Source of the DNA: an uncultured virus (IMG/VR IMGVR_UViG_3300015262_000011)
Lineage: Duplodnaviria > Heunggongvirae > Uroviricota > Caudoviricetes
DNA: 31,177 bases
Reading direction: 5' to 3' (one strand)
IMG/VR virus record: IMGVR_UViG_3300015262_000011
Of this stretch, positions 1 through 7,640 are shown one piece after another (within the stretch, counting starts at the first letter, position 1; each line of letters starts with the position of its first letter). The notes below the pieces were generated by a model that searched no databases, was not told the origin of the DNA, and saw only the letters and a list, made by a program, of their open reading frames with translations. The position numbers and the translations under genes are program-made.

Positions 1-84
1 AGCTACAAGTACGCGTTGCAGCATTACGCGGAGAAGGGGCTGCCTGCGTGGCTGGTCCGCTTCCCGTTGCGCGCGGTCGCCTGA
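1..84 (+). CDS. 3' end of an unknown gene (SYKYALQHYAEKGLPAWLVRFPLRAVA*), partial
   Basis: Open frame 1 to TGA at 82-84, GC-rich third positions, followed by a terminator. Confidence 0.6.
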   Translation, partial: SYKYALQHYAEKGLPAWLVRFPLRAVA

Positions 85-96
85 CGGTGCAGCAAG

Positions 97-127
97 AAGC
101 CCCCGCCCGAGATCCGGGCGGGGGCTT
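97..127. terminator. Bidirectional intrinsic terminator
   Basis: AAGCCCCCGCCCG-agatc-CGGGCGGGGGCTT between convergent genes. Confidence 0.8.
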
Positions 128-137
128 GAGCGTCTGG

Positions 138-416
138 CTACGTCGCGGACTCCTCGCCGGCCCGTTTGCCGGTGGTGCGCCCTTCGGCGATTTGGTGTGC
201 GCGGACGCGGCTGGTGCCGATGGCTTTGCCGATGTCGGCGTAGCTGAGTCCGTCGTCGTGCATCTCCTGGACGGCTCGCTGCCGGACTTGCCGCAGCCAG
301 TGCTGGAGCTCGGGGACGGCGTTGAGGGCGGCGCCTACGGTCTTGGCGCGCTCGGTCGCGTCGCCTTCTTCCGCCAGGTGCTTGAGGTTCTCGAAGGGGC
401 TTGGTGGCGTCGTCAT
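138..416 (-). CDS. Small HTH DNA-binding protein (92 aa, sigma-r4/HTH-like C-terminus)
   Basis: MTTPPSPFE...GLSYADIGKAIGTSRVRAHQIAEG; leaderless promoter directly upstream of the ATG at 416. Confidence 0.8.
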   Translation of the reverse strand: MTTPPSPFENLKHLAEEGDATERAKTVGAALNAVPELQHWLRQVRQRAVQEMHDDGLSYADIGKAIGTSRVRAHQIAEGRTTGKRAGEESAT

Positions 417-422
417 GAGCCC

Positions 423-467
423 AGTGTAGGGGGGAGGGTTGACATTGTCAGGGGTACCCCCTACATT
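423..467. promoter_or_regulatory. Overlapping divergent sigma70-type promoters with two inverted 20-bp operator-like sites
   Basis: Plus strand TTGACA(439)-N17-TACATT(462); minus strand CTGACA-N17-TACACT-N6-ATG(416); sites 425-444 and 446-465. Confidence 0.8.
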
Positions 468-503
468 TGAAGTATCGAGAGGGACGGCAATAAGGAGACG
501 GAA

Positions 504-902
504 ATGAAGCTCTACGAGCGCACCGAGAACGGCACCACCACCCGCATCCCGCTCGCCGAGGGCCTGGCCGTCATCAACTACGCCCAGATGGACGGCAAGC
601 GCTTCGTCCGCTCGATGAGCTACGCCGGCGGTCACGCCGAGATCGAGTACAAGAACGGCATCAAGGTCACGCTCCGCCAGGTCGAGGTCAAGGACCCCTC
701 CGAGCCGGCTGAGTGGTCCGGCACTCACAGCAACGGTGCCTACCTGCACCGCTTCGACCCCGAGACGCTGCGAGGCCGCTGCAACAAGGGCTTCCGCCCG
801 GCCCGTCATGCTGACGGCTACCGGCTCCGCGCCCGCACTGAGATCGAGGCCAGCGAGTACGCGCACCTGTACACCTACTGCCCGAGCTGCGAGGCGAAGT
901 AG
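504..902 (+). CDS. Hypothetical phage protein (132 aa, C-terminal His/Cys possible Zn site)
   Basis: RBS AAGGAG, strong codon bias, H..C...CPSC tail. Confidence 0.85.
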   Translation: MKLYERTENGTTTRIPLAEGLAVINYAQMDGKRFVRSMSYAGGHAEIEYKNGIKVTLRQVEVKDPSEPAEWSGTHSNGAYLHRFDPETLRGRCNKGFRPARHADGYRLRARTEIEASEYAHLYTYCPSCEAK

Positions 903-959
903 TTGACCGGCCCGGGAGCCGCATGGCTCCCGGGCCCCGACCGAGGGACGAGGGAGCAC

Positions 960-1172
960 ATGGCACTGAAGGACGAAATCCGGTTCGTCAGCCCAATCGG
1001 GCAACGCGTGAAAGCGTGGACTGGGCCGAGGGCAGACAGGACCGGGGAGATCAAGCGCGTGGACGGACTGCACTTCGTTTACATCCTGTTCGATGGGGAT
1101 GAGCGCGAGGTTCACTACCCGCGCAAGGACATCAGCCGACTGGACCTGCTCAAGCAGTGGGGGCGGGCATGA
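960..1172 (+). CDS. Hypothetical protein (70 aa, small beta-barrel/SH3-like)
   Basis: RBS AGGGAG before ATG at 960; IGQRVK...RTGEI..V.....YILFDG pattern. Confidence 0.7.
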   Translation: MALKDEIRFVSPIGQRVKAWTGPRADRTGEIKRVDGLHFVYILFDGDEREVHYPRKDISRLDLLKQWGRA

Positions 1173-1366
1173 GCGCCCGCTGCTCGGCCACCAGGCCGAA
1201 CGGCTACCTTTGCATCAACCCGGTGCAGCCCGGCCGGACGGTTTGCGTGGCGCACGATCCCTCCCGTCAGTGCGGTGCCCCGACTGTGGACGGGAGCGCC
1301 TGCAAGCGAATGAAGATGAAGGGCCACCGCCGGTGCTCGAAGCACCTTCCGCCTGGCGCCGCCTGA
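1169..1366 (+). CDS. Small protein with two tandem C-C-C-H Zn-finger repeats (HGGxSTG/DUF5763-like)
   Basis: RCSATRPNGYLCINP...CVAH and QCGAPTVDGSACKR...CSKH; ATGA overlap with the upstream gene. Confidence 0.75.
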   Translation: MSARCSATRPNGYLCINPVQPGRTVCVAHDPSRQCGAPTVDGSACKRMKMKGHRRCSKHLPPGAA

Positions 1367-1379
1367 CTCGCACCCCCAT

Positions 1380-1410
1380 AGCGCCCCGCTGCTGCGGCAG
1401 TTGGGGCGCT
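1380..1410 (+). terminator. Hairpin terminator
   Basis: AGCGCCCC...GGGGCGCT stem after the gene ending at 1366. Confidence 0.6.
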
Positions 1411-1521
1411 CCCGCCTCTCCTGCCTCGCCTGTCGTGCACGAGCGCCATGCGCCCTTGCTGGAGCCTGCCCTTCCGTGGACACTCCGGGTCTCAACTTCG
1501 CGTGTCCTCGGGGGTGTTGGT

Positions 1522-1842
1522 GTGACCTGTCCTGGTTGTGGTGGCGGGAATGTTCAGGATTTGCCGTTGTTCTGGCGGCAGCAGCATGAGGGTTCGTCGC
1601 CGTGGTTGCAGTACGGGCCGCCGTCGGTGCCGGAGTCGCGGATCTTGCTGGTGCTGGGGGTGGTCGCGGTGGGGATCGCCCTGATGGCGACGGGCTCGGT
1701 GCTGTTCGGTCTGTTGGCGGCGGTGGCTGGCTTGCTGTGGGGCGCCTTCGACCGGAAGACGGTGGCGGAGGCGCAGCAGCGGTTGGGCGACTGGAATGCG
1801 TCGAAGATTTGCCTGGCGTGCCCGCGGGTGTTCCTGCTGTAG
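1522..1842 (+). CDS. Two-TM membrane protein flanked by CxxC motifs (106 aa)
   Basis: VTCPGCGG...hydrophobic hairpin ILLVLGVVAVGIALMATGSVLFGLLAAVAGLLW...ICLACPRVF. Confidence 0.75.
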   Translation: MTCPGCGGGNVQDLPLFWRQQHEGSSPWLQYGPPSVPESRILLVLGVVAVGIALMATGSVLFGLLAAVAGLLWGAFDRKTVAEAQQRLGDWNASKICLACPRVFLL

Positions 1843-1899
1843 CCGGGCACGCCAGAAGGCCCGTACCGTACTCCGTAGCACCGACATTCGGAGGTTTCC

Positions 1900-2064
1900 G
1901 TGGATAAGCCCCTCATCCCCGCGCCCGTGCTTTCGCCGGAGGAGCGTTCTTCGTTGACGGCGTGGAGGCCGGGCTCGCCGCTGTTGTCGCGGGTGGTGCG
2001 GCCGGCGGAGACCGTGGGTGGTCCGGGGCGGGTGTCGGTGGCTGCGTTCCAGTCCGCGGTGTAG
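1900..2064 (+). CDS. FxSxx-COOH (FxsA-like) cyclophane RiPP precursor-like peptide, 54 aa
   Basis: RBS GGAGG then GTG; MDKPLIPAPVLSPEERSSLTAWRPGSPLLSRVVRPAETVGGPGRVSVAAFQSAV*; own terminator; below the ORF-track size cutoff. Confidence 0.75.
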   Translation: MDKPLIPAPVLSPEERSSLTAWRPGSPLLSRVVRPAETVGGPGRVSVAAFQSAV

Positions 2065-2077
2065 GCCCGGCGTGTGT

Positions 2078-2105
2078 GAGCCCCCTCCTGGTCGGGAGGG
2101 GGCTC
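2078..2105 (+). terminator. Terminator of the FxSxx peptide gene
   Basis: GAGCCCCCTCC-tggtcg-GGAGGGGGCTC followed by TCGTTGT. Confidence 0.8.
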
Positions 2106-2182
2106 TCGTTGTCTCCGGGGGCCTCTCGCCCCGCGCGGTGTGTGCTCCCCGGTGGGGAACCGCTGGTGCGGGAGGGTCCAGT

Positions 2183-2305
2183 CGGAAGATCGGCGACCTG
2201 TTGGGGATCTCCTGCGGCCGGGTCCGGCAGATCGTCGAGGGCGTGACCAACCCGCGGACGCAGAAGGCGAAGGAGCCAGCAGGTGACGACGATCAGCCAG
2301 GATGA
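2183..2305 (+). pseudogene. C-terminal remnant of an HTH protein of the 138..416 family
   Basis: RKIGDLLGISCGRVRQIVEG resembles ADIGKAIGTSRVRAHQIAEG; no plausible N-terminus or start. Confidence 0.55.
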
Positions 2306-2828
2306 AAGCACGGCGCTGTACCGGCTCTTCGATACGGCCCGGCAGCTGCTGTACGTCGGGATCACTAGCAACCCGCAGGCCCGGTGGGCTCAGCACGCGG
2401 CCGAGAAGCCGTGGTGGCCAGACGTGGCCTGGCACACCTTGGAGTGGCTGCCGTCCCGTGAGGCGGCGCTGGCCGCCGAGGCGGCTGCGATCGTGGCTGA
2501 TGGGCCGCTGCACAACGTCGCGGGCACGCCCCGGCAGCGTGAGGCAACCACGGCGTTCCACGGCGAGCACCACGAGGCGGCCGGGCACCCGGCGCTGGCC
2601 ACTGTGCGCCAGGCGTTGCGCGCGCTGGAGCGGATCGAGGACCCGGAAGAGCGGGCGCTGGTGACGACGGCGCTGCTGCGGGAGTGGCCGCGCTTGCACC
2701 GTGAGGTGAAGGAGGCGCGGCAGGACGCGGTGGTCGCGATGAACGAGGGTGGCGTGGACTTCGCGGCGATCGGCCGGCGCCTCGGTGTTGGCACGCAGCG
2801 CGCCGCTCACATCGCGCAGGGCAAGTAG
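2283..2828 (+). CDS. GIY-YIG nuclease domain fused to a C-terminal HTH
   Basis: ALYRLFD..QLLYVGIT.NPQARWAQH...ALAAE..AI...PLHN; C-terminus FAAIGRRLGVGTQRAAHIAQG. Confidence 0.85.
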   Translation: MTTISQDESTALYRLFDTARQLLYVGITSNPQARWAQHAAEKPWWPDVAWHTLEWLPSREAALAAEAAAIVADGPLHNVAGTPRQREATTAFHGEHHEAAGHPALATVRQALRALERIEDPEERALVTTALLREWPRLHREVKEARQDAVVAMNEGGVDFAAIGRRLGVGTQRAAHIAQGK

Positions 2829-2838
2829 CAGACGCGTC

Positions 2839-2882
2839 GACGCCCCGTCACCGGCCGTCGTCGGACGGGGTGACGGGGCGTC
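2839..2882. terminator. Bidirectional terminator at the convergence of the island and the early operon
   Basis: GACGCCCCGTCACC...GGTGACGGGGCGTC. Confidence 0.8.
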
Positions 2883-2894
2883 TGGCCTGCGTCG

Positions 2895-3134
2895 TCAGGC
2901 GTCGGGCGTCCGGGCGCAGTGACAGCCGCAGTTGCCGGTGGGCTCGGGCTGGCCGGTCTGCTGCGCGTGCTCGATGTCCTCGGGCCCGGCCCATGGGTGC
3001 GGCGTCGTGTCGTCGTAGTGGAAGCCGTACATGCAGGCCTCGCACTTGGCGTAGCAGATGATCGCCGGGCGCTCCCCTGCGAGTGCCTGCCGGAGCGCTT
3101 CGGCTTCCTCGGGGGTGGGGGTCTGGTCGGGCAT
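2895..3134 (-). CDS. Hypothetical Cys-rich protein (79 aa)
   Basis: RBS GAAGGG; CEAC and CGCHC motifs; last gene of the operon. Confidence 0.75.
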   Translation of the reverse strand: MPDQTPTPEEAEALRQALAGERPAIICYAKCEACMYGFHYDDTTPHPWAGPEDIEHAQQTGQPEPTGNCGCHCARTPDA

Positions 3135-3136
3135 GG

Positions 3137-3643
3137 TCAGTTCCCTTCGGTGGTGCCGAGGCGGGGCAGCTTGGCGGCGGGCTCCGTGGTCTCAACGCGG
3201 CCGCGCGCCTGGGCGTACAGCTGGGCGGTGTGCTCACCGATGTGCTGGTACTTCTCGGCGGTGGTGTGGCCGTCCCACTGCGCCCGCCGGTCGTCGACGC
3301 CGACGTGTTCGACGTGGGCGAGGAGTTCGGCGTCCCGTGGTGCGATGTGCCAGGAGGCCTGCCGGCCGTCGATGTGGAGGTAGAGGATCTGCCAGCCGTC
3401 CTCGTCCACGACGTCGGGTGCGGGTGCGATGACGGAGGGGTGCAGCGAGGCGAGGAGGGCGAGGAGTTGGGCTCGCTCCCGGTAGGCGCCGTCACGCTCG
3501 GCTTCGACGCCGGCGGTGTACCTGGCGTTGTCGGTGGCGGCTTCGTTCATCTCGCCGACGACTTCCTCGTACCGGTCGAGGTCGGTGTACAGCTCGTCGA
3601 GTTGGCTCTTGGTGAGCTGGGCAAGTGGGACGCGGTCGCTCAT
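3137..3643 (-). CDS. Conserved-looking phage hypothetical protein (168 aa)
   Basis: ATGA coupling; AYRER.QL.A.L...GQ.SWHI...WDGHTT.EKY motif typical of phage proteins. Confidence 0.8.
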   Translation of the reverse strand: MSDRVPLAQLTKSQLDELYTDLDRYEEVVGEMNEAATDNARYTAGVEAERDGAYRERAQLLALLASLHPSVIAPAPDVVDEDGWQILYLHIDGRQASWHIAPRDAELLAHVEHVGVDDRRAQWDGHTTAEKYQHIGEHTAQLYAQARGRVETTEPAAKLPRLGTTEGN

Positions 3644-3900
3644 GCGGCGTGCTCCTGGGTGTCGTTGAGGTCGAGTTCGTCGAAGTGGATGAGGGCCCGG
3701 TGGAGGGCGATGGCGACGGCGTGGGTGCGGGACCGGGCGCCGAGGCGGATGCATGCTTCCTTCAGGCGGAGGTGGACGCCGCGTTCGGTCGAGTTGAGGC
3801 GGTGGGCTATCTGTCGGCTGGTGTAGCCGGATGCGGCGAGGCGGAGGGCGGCGAGCTGGCCGGGGCTGAGGGGTTGGCCTTTGCTGCTGGGCCGGTTCAT
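3640..3900 (-). CDS. LuxR-type HTH regulator (stand-alone)
   Basis: LSPGQLAALRLAASGYTSRQIAHRL...LGARSRTHAVAIA. Confidence 0.9.
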   Translation of the reverse strand: MNRPSSKGQPLSPGQLAALRLAASGYTSRQIAHRLNSTERGVHLRLKEACIRLGARSRTHAVAIALHRALIHFDELDLNDTQEHAA

Positions 3901-4151
3901 GGCTGCTCCAGTGCGTATCCGGTGCGGCGGAGTTGCCCGTTGCGGGTGGTGGCCGTTTCGTGGAGTTGGGTGACCTCGATGGCGCGGCGCCGGATCTCGC
4001 GGCCGTCGGCGGTGAGGGTGACGACGTCGACCTTGCCGAAACCCCAGACTCCGGGGGTGGTACCGGGCAGGTCGACGACCTTGATGCGGCGGGGCTCGGT
4101 GTACGGGTACGGGTCGCCGAGGCTGTAGTAGGTCTGGCCGGGCTGGATCAT
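3897..4151 (-). CDS. Hypothetical protein (84 aa)
   Basis: Coupled ORF with RBS AGGAG and codon bias. Confidence 0.8.
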   Translation of the reverse strand: MIQPGQTYYSLGDPYPYTEPRRIKVVDLPGTTPGVWGFGKVDVVTLTADGREIRRRAIEVTQLHETATTRNGQLRRTGYALEQP

Positions 4152-4222
4152 CGGCTGCTCCTGGTGTTGCAGTGTGGTGTGTCGTCTTGGCCGTCGTCGT
4201 CGGGCTCGGGGTCGTAGGTCAC
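4148..4222 (-). CDS. Micro-ORF, 24 aa acidic peptide
   Basis: RBS CAGGAG, GTGA and ATGA overlaps on both sides. Confidence 0.5.
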   Translation of the reverse strand: MTYDPEPDDDGQDDTPHCNTRSSR

Positions 4223-4401
4223 AGGTACTCCTGGGTGGGGATCGTCTGGGCGTGCCAGAGCCGGTGTCGGTCGGCGCCTTGTCCGGCTTGGGTGCGCATC
4301 TCGTGCTGGCGGAGATCGAACGCAGTGGGGGTGCGGTCGGGGGCGGGGTCGATGGCGTCCCAGTCGGGGTCGCAGTCGGCGGCGGACGGATCGGCAGTCA
4401 C
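4219..4401 (-). CDS. Hypothetical protein (60 aa)
   Basis: GTGA coupling with both neighbours. Confidence 0.6.
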   Translation of the reverse strand: MTADPSAADCDPDWDAIDPAPDRTPTAFDLRQHEMRTQAGQGADRHRLWHAQTIPTQEYL

Positions 4402-4877
4402 GGCTGGTCCGTGGTGGGCTGCTGGCGCCATGCGGCGGGGTCGTGCTTGCGGTCACGGTCGGGCATGACGATGTGGTCGCCACGCAGGCCGTAGCCGATG
4501 ACCGCGCCGGGCCGGAGGTGCGGGTTTCCTGCAGACGTCCCGTTGCAGTCGTCGGCGGGGCCACAGGGGTCGTCTTGGTGGCGGCCGTGTGGGCAGCGGT
4601 CGAGGTCGGTGAGGATCTTGACGAGGCCCTGGGTATCGGCGAGGGGCCGTGCGAACTGCGTGGTGGCTTCGGTCTGCGCTGTGCGGTTGAGGGCGTGGTC
4701 GATGCCGCCGATGGCGTTTTCGATGGTGGCGTGGAGTGGTGAGTACATGACGCGGTCTGCGCAGTGGAGAGCGGCGTTCATTTCGGCGCGCGCACTGAGA
4801 TGCTTCAGGGCGGCGATCAGGGCGATCTGTGCTTTCTCCAGCTCGCGGCGGAGGTCGGTGATGGTGGGGTCGGTCAC
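4398..4877 (-). CDS. Hypothetical protein (159 aa)
   Basis: RBS AAGGAG-N5-GTG; DLDRCPHGRH..D.C motif. Confidence 0.8.
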   Translation of the reverse strand: MTDPTITDLRRELEKAQIALIAALKHLSARAEMNAALHCADRVMYSPLHATIENAIGGIDHALNRTAQTEATTQFARPLADTQGLVKILTDLDRCPHGRHQDDPCGPADDCNGTSAGNPHLRPGAVIGYGLRGDHIVMPDRDRKHDPAAWRQQPTTDQP

Positions 4878-4930
4878 GGGTGCTCCTTGGTGGGTGGGCC
4901 GCCGCTGGGTGGGCGGCGGCCACAAGACGG

Positions 4931-5146
4931 TCAGGCGGGGCGGGTTGCGCGAAGGCAGGCCTGGCAGGTGACGGCGATGTCGTCACTGCCGGACAGGGGC
5001 CGGTCAAGCAGTCGGCCGCGCGCGTCGAAGAGCCGGACGAACTTGCCGCAGGCGGTGGTCATCGGCCGCGTGTGCGGGACGGGGACGTCGTGCACACGGG
5101 TGCCGCCGTGGAGGCGGATTCGGCGGGTGTCGGCGGTCTTGAACAT
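4931..5146 (-). CDS. Small His/Cys Zn-binding protein (71 aa)
   Basis: VH...TACG...VTCQAC; TGATG coupling. Confidence 0.75.
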   Translation of the reverse strand: MFKTADTRRIRLHGGTRVHDVPVPHTRPMTTACGKFVRLFDARGRLLDRPLSGSDDIAVTCQACLRATRPA

Positions 5147-5550
5147 CAGGCGGTGAACCTCCGGACGGGGATCCCGGCGCGTTCGGCCATGTCGGCGCAG
5201 CCGGACGCGCCGTGGGACGGGTGCGGGCGCGGTTTGCGGCAGCGGGAGCTGGTGCAGGGGCCGATGAACGCGAGCGCGATGTCCGCGCCGAGGTTGACCA
5301 TGTGCCGGTTGCGGATCGGCCCGGCGGCGCGCTGGTAGCGGTCCCAGTCGGCTTCGTGGACTTCGACGGTGGCGCCGTACTGGCGTGCCCAGAGGTCGGC
5401 GATCTGGTCGGCGCCCCAGCATCCGCCGTGGACGACGGTGACCTCGCGGTCGGCGGGCAGGTCGCGGACGGCGTCGGCGAGGGCGGCGTGGATGGTGTCG
5501 CGGTCGCGCCATCGGCGGCTGCCGGTGATCAGGATCCGGTAGGGCTTCAC
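5146..5550 (-). CDS. SLOG/YspA-like (DUF2493) nucleotide-binding protein
   Basis: RILITGSR.W.D; VVHGG..GAD; AAGPIRN..MV; HGASGC..MA. Confidence 0.9.
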   Translation of the reverse strand: MKPYRILITGSRRWRDRDTIHAALADAVRDLPADREVTVVHGGCWGADQIADLWARQYGATVEVHEADWDRYQRAAGPIRNRHMVNLGADIALAFIGPCTSSRCRKPRPHPSHGASGCADMAERAGIPVRRFTA

Positions 5551-5720
5551 AGTCCCTCCTCGGGAGATACGGTCGGTCGTGAGGTCACCCGCTGACGAGG
5601 CCGTTACAGTGACAGCGGTGCCGGTGCTCTGCGGAGCGGCCGGAAGTGGGCCCGGGAAGTTCCCGCCGGACGGCGGGGTCCCGAGCTCGCGCCGCCTTGC
5701 ACGTCAGCCATCACGTGCGG

Positions 5721-5986
5721 CTAGACGGTGGGCAGGGTGAGCGCGGACATGCGGCGGACGATGCCGTCGCAGTAGTCCTCACGCGCCTCAATCGCGATAC
5801 ACGGGCGGCCGGGTCCATAGCCGCGATCTCGGCTGCGGCCTCGCGGAGAGTCTGCGCCTGGACGACGCCGAGCGGGACGGGCGCCTCCAGCACCTTGGCG
5901 GCGTCACGGAAGGCGGGCTCGGCCTTCTTCGCGGCGATCCGGGCGGTCAGTGCGGCGGTTTCGGGTGTCGGGTCAGGCTGGTTCAC
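5721..5986 (-). pseudogene. Hypothetical protein, probably frameshifted near 5800
   Basis: RBS GGAG before GTG at 5986; codon bias moves to another frame (IAIEAREDYCDGIVRRMSALTLPTV*) after ...DPAAR. Confidence 0.5.
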
Positions 5987-6062
5987 AGGGTCTCCAAGGG
6001 ATGTCGGTACGGTCGGGGTGCGGGCCGCCGCGTTACCGGCGCGGCGGCCCGACCTACGTGGG

Positions 6063-6356
6063 TCACTCGCCGGCGGGCATCTCGGTGATGCCGCGGGCCA
6101 GCGCCGCAGTCCACTCACTCAGCTCCACCGGCATCCGATGCGGTCGCAGCCGCACCCAGTCCAGGCCAGCGGACGCGCACCGGCCGCCGCTCACGCCCTC
6201 CGGCCGCACCGTCACATCGCCCGGTAGTTCACGCATGAGCTCCTCGAAACGGACCAGAGCCCGTTCCACGCTCAGCGCCAAGGCGACCAGACTTTCGCCG
6301 TCGTCGGCGCCGAGGACGACCGTCCACACGGTCACGGTCACGTCGGCTTGTTTCAT
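6063..6356 (-). CDS. Hypothetical protein (97 aa)
   Basis: ATGA coupling with RBS GGAGG. Confidence 0.65.
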   Translation of the reverse strand: MKQADVTVTVWTVVLGADDGESLVALALSVERALVRFEELMRELPGDVTVRPEGVSGGRCASAGLDWVRLRPHRMPVELSEWTAALARGITEMPAGE

Positions 6357-7075
6357 CGCGGGCCTCCATCAGGGCGGCTGGAGTGCAGGTGTGAGGTGTA
6401 CAGGTCGCGCATGCGCTGCTCGGCGGCGTCAGTCATCCGCCAACTGTCTGCGGCGGGGTTCAGGAGGTGGCGGGCTCGTTGCTGATGGGGCCACGTGCGG
6501 CGGGTGAAGCAGTAGGGGCCGTGGTCCTGGCAGACGCCCTGTACTGCTCCTGGGTGAGGGTGGGGGGCGTGGGCGATGAGGTCGTTGCGGCCGCCGGCCC
6601 CGTACTGCTGCTCAAGCACACCGTCCGGTCCGGCGAGCAGGAAACGGCCGTCGGTTTCCGGGCCCGCAGCGGAGGCGGTCAGCGTGAGCGCGAGCGTTGG
6701 TGACGGCTGAGTGACGCGGACGGACCACACCGTCACGTCGGTACTGGTGTGAGCTGGGTCGCTGTCCGTGGCGTGGCCTGCGTCAAGGAGTGCAGTGCGG
6801 ACGACGGAGGCGGCCCAGGGGTTGTCGGTGGTGATGGTGATCTGGTTGCTGCGGCTGTCGGTGACGGCGATGTGGCCGGTGGTGAATTCGCGGTAGCCGG
6901 GGTGGGTTTGGGGACTGACGGCTGTACGGGCGACGGCAATGGCTGTATCTGCCCAGCAGTTGCCCGCTGCGGTGCCGGGGTTGTTGAGGAGGACCCCACC
7001 GATGACGACGCCCCGCAGCCCTGGTTCGGGCGTGGGTGGCAGCGGCAGGGCGAGTTGTTCGGTCATGGCGGTCAC
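6353..7075 (-). CDS. Hypothetical protein (240 aa)
   Basis: GTGA coupling; fills the operon frame. Confidence 0.7.
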   Translation of the reverse strand: MTAMTEQLALPLPPTPEPGLRGVVIGGVLLNNPGTAAGNCWADTAIAVARTAVSPQTHPGYREFTTGHIAVTDSRSNQITITTDNPWAASVVRTALLDAGHATDSDPAHTSTDVTVWSVRVTQPSPTLALTLTASAAGPETDGRFLLAGPDGVLEQQYGAGGRNDLIAHAPHPHPGAVQGVCQDHGPYCFTRRTWPHQQRARHLLNPAADSWRMTDAAEQRMRDLYTSHLHSSRPDGGPR

Positions 7076-7593
7076 TCGCCCGTCTCGACGGCCGGCACGG
7101 CAGCGGCGCGCACATGTGGCGGCTCGCAGTCCTCAGCGCCCGCGAGGCGACCCGTCGGGCACGGATACGGCACCAGGCCGTCGCCGCCCGCCGCAGCCGC
7201 GTCGGCGTTGATGCAGACCGGGCAGGGGCCCATCGGGGAGTCCTTGTGCAGGTGCCGGATCTCGGTAAGGGCGGCGCGGAGGCGGCGCACCTCGGCGACG
7301 AGCGCGTCGGCGTCCTCGCGGGCGTGAGCGATGAACTCGGCGTCGGCCTGGACCTGCGCCCAGTCCTCCTCCGCCTCCCACTCGCGGTGCGCCGGGTCGT
7401 TGTCGAGGGGCTCCTCGTCGAGGCGGCAGATCCCCCGGCGGGCGGTGTAGCCGGTGCCGGTGTCCTGAAGGTCGGCCGCGATCTCAATGAGGCTGTCGCC
7501 GCCGTACTGGTAGACGCCCCACGGCCCCTTGGTGGCTGCGTTGGCGCGGGTTTCGATCTCGTCGAGCTGCTGGTCGCTGATGGGTGTGGTCAC
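7072..7593 (-). CDS. Ead/Ea22-like phage protein
   Basis: LDEIE.RA.AAT.GPW...DAEFIAHARED...L.AEVRRL; C-terminal CxxC..YPCPT. Confidence 0.85.
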   Translation of the reverse strand: MTTPISDQQLDEIETRANAATKGPWGVYQYGGDSLIEIAADLQDTGTGYTARRGICRLDEEPLDNDPAHREWEAEEDWAQVQADAEFIAHAREDADALVAEVRRLRAALTEIRHLHKDSPMGPCPVCINADAAAAGGDGLVPYPCPTGRLAGAEDCEPPHVRAAAVPAVETGE

Positions 7594-7640
7594 GGGGTTC
7601 TCCTCGGGTTGTTGGTGCGGGGACGGGAACAGCAGGAACA

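Noticed and set aside
138..1115. 325-aa minus-strand ORF
   Set aside because: Only the last 92 codons are genic; the rest is antisense to 504-1172
2142..2179. GTGCTCCCCG...GCGGGAGGGTCC resembles a type I-E CRISPR repeat
   Set aside because: Single copy, wrong internal length, no array or cas genes; likely chance in GC-rich DNA
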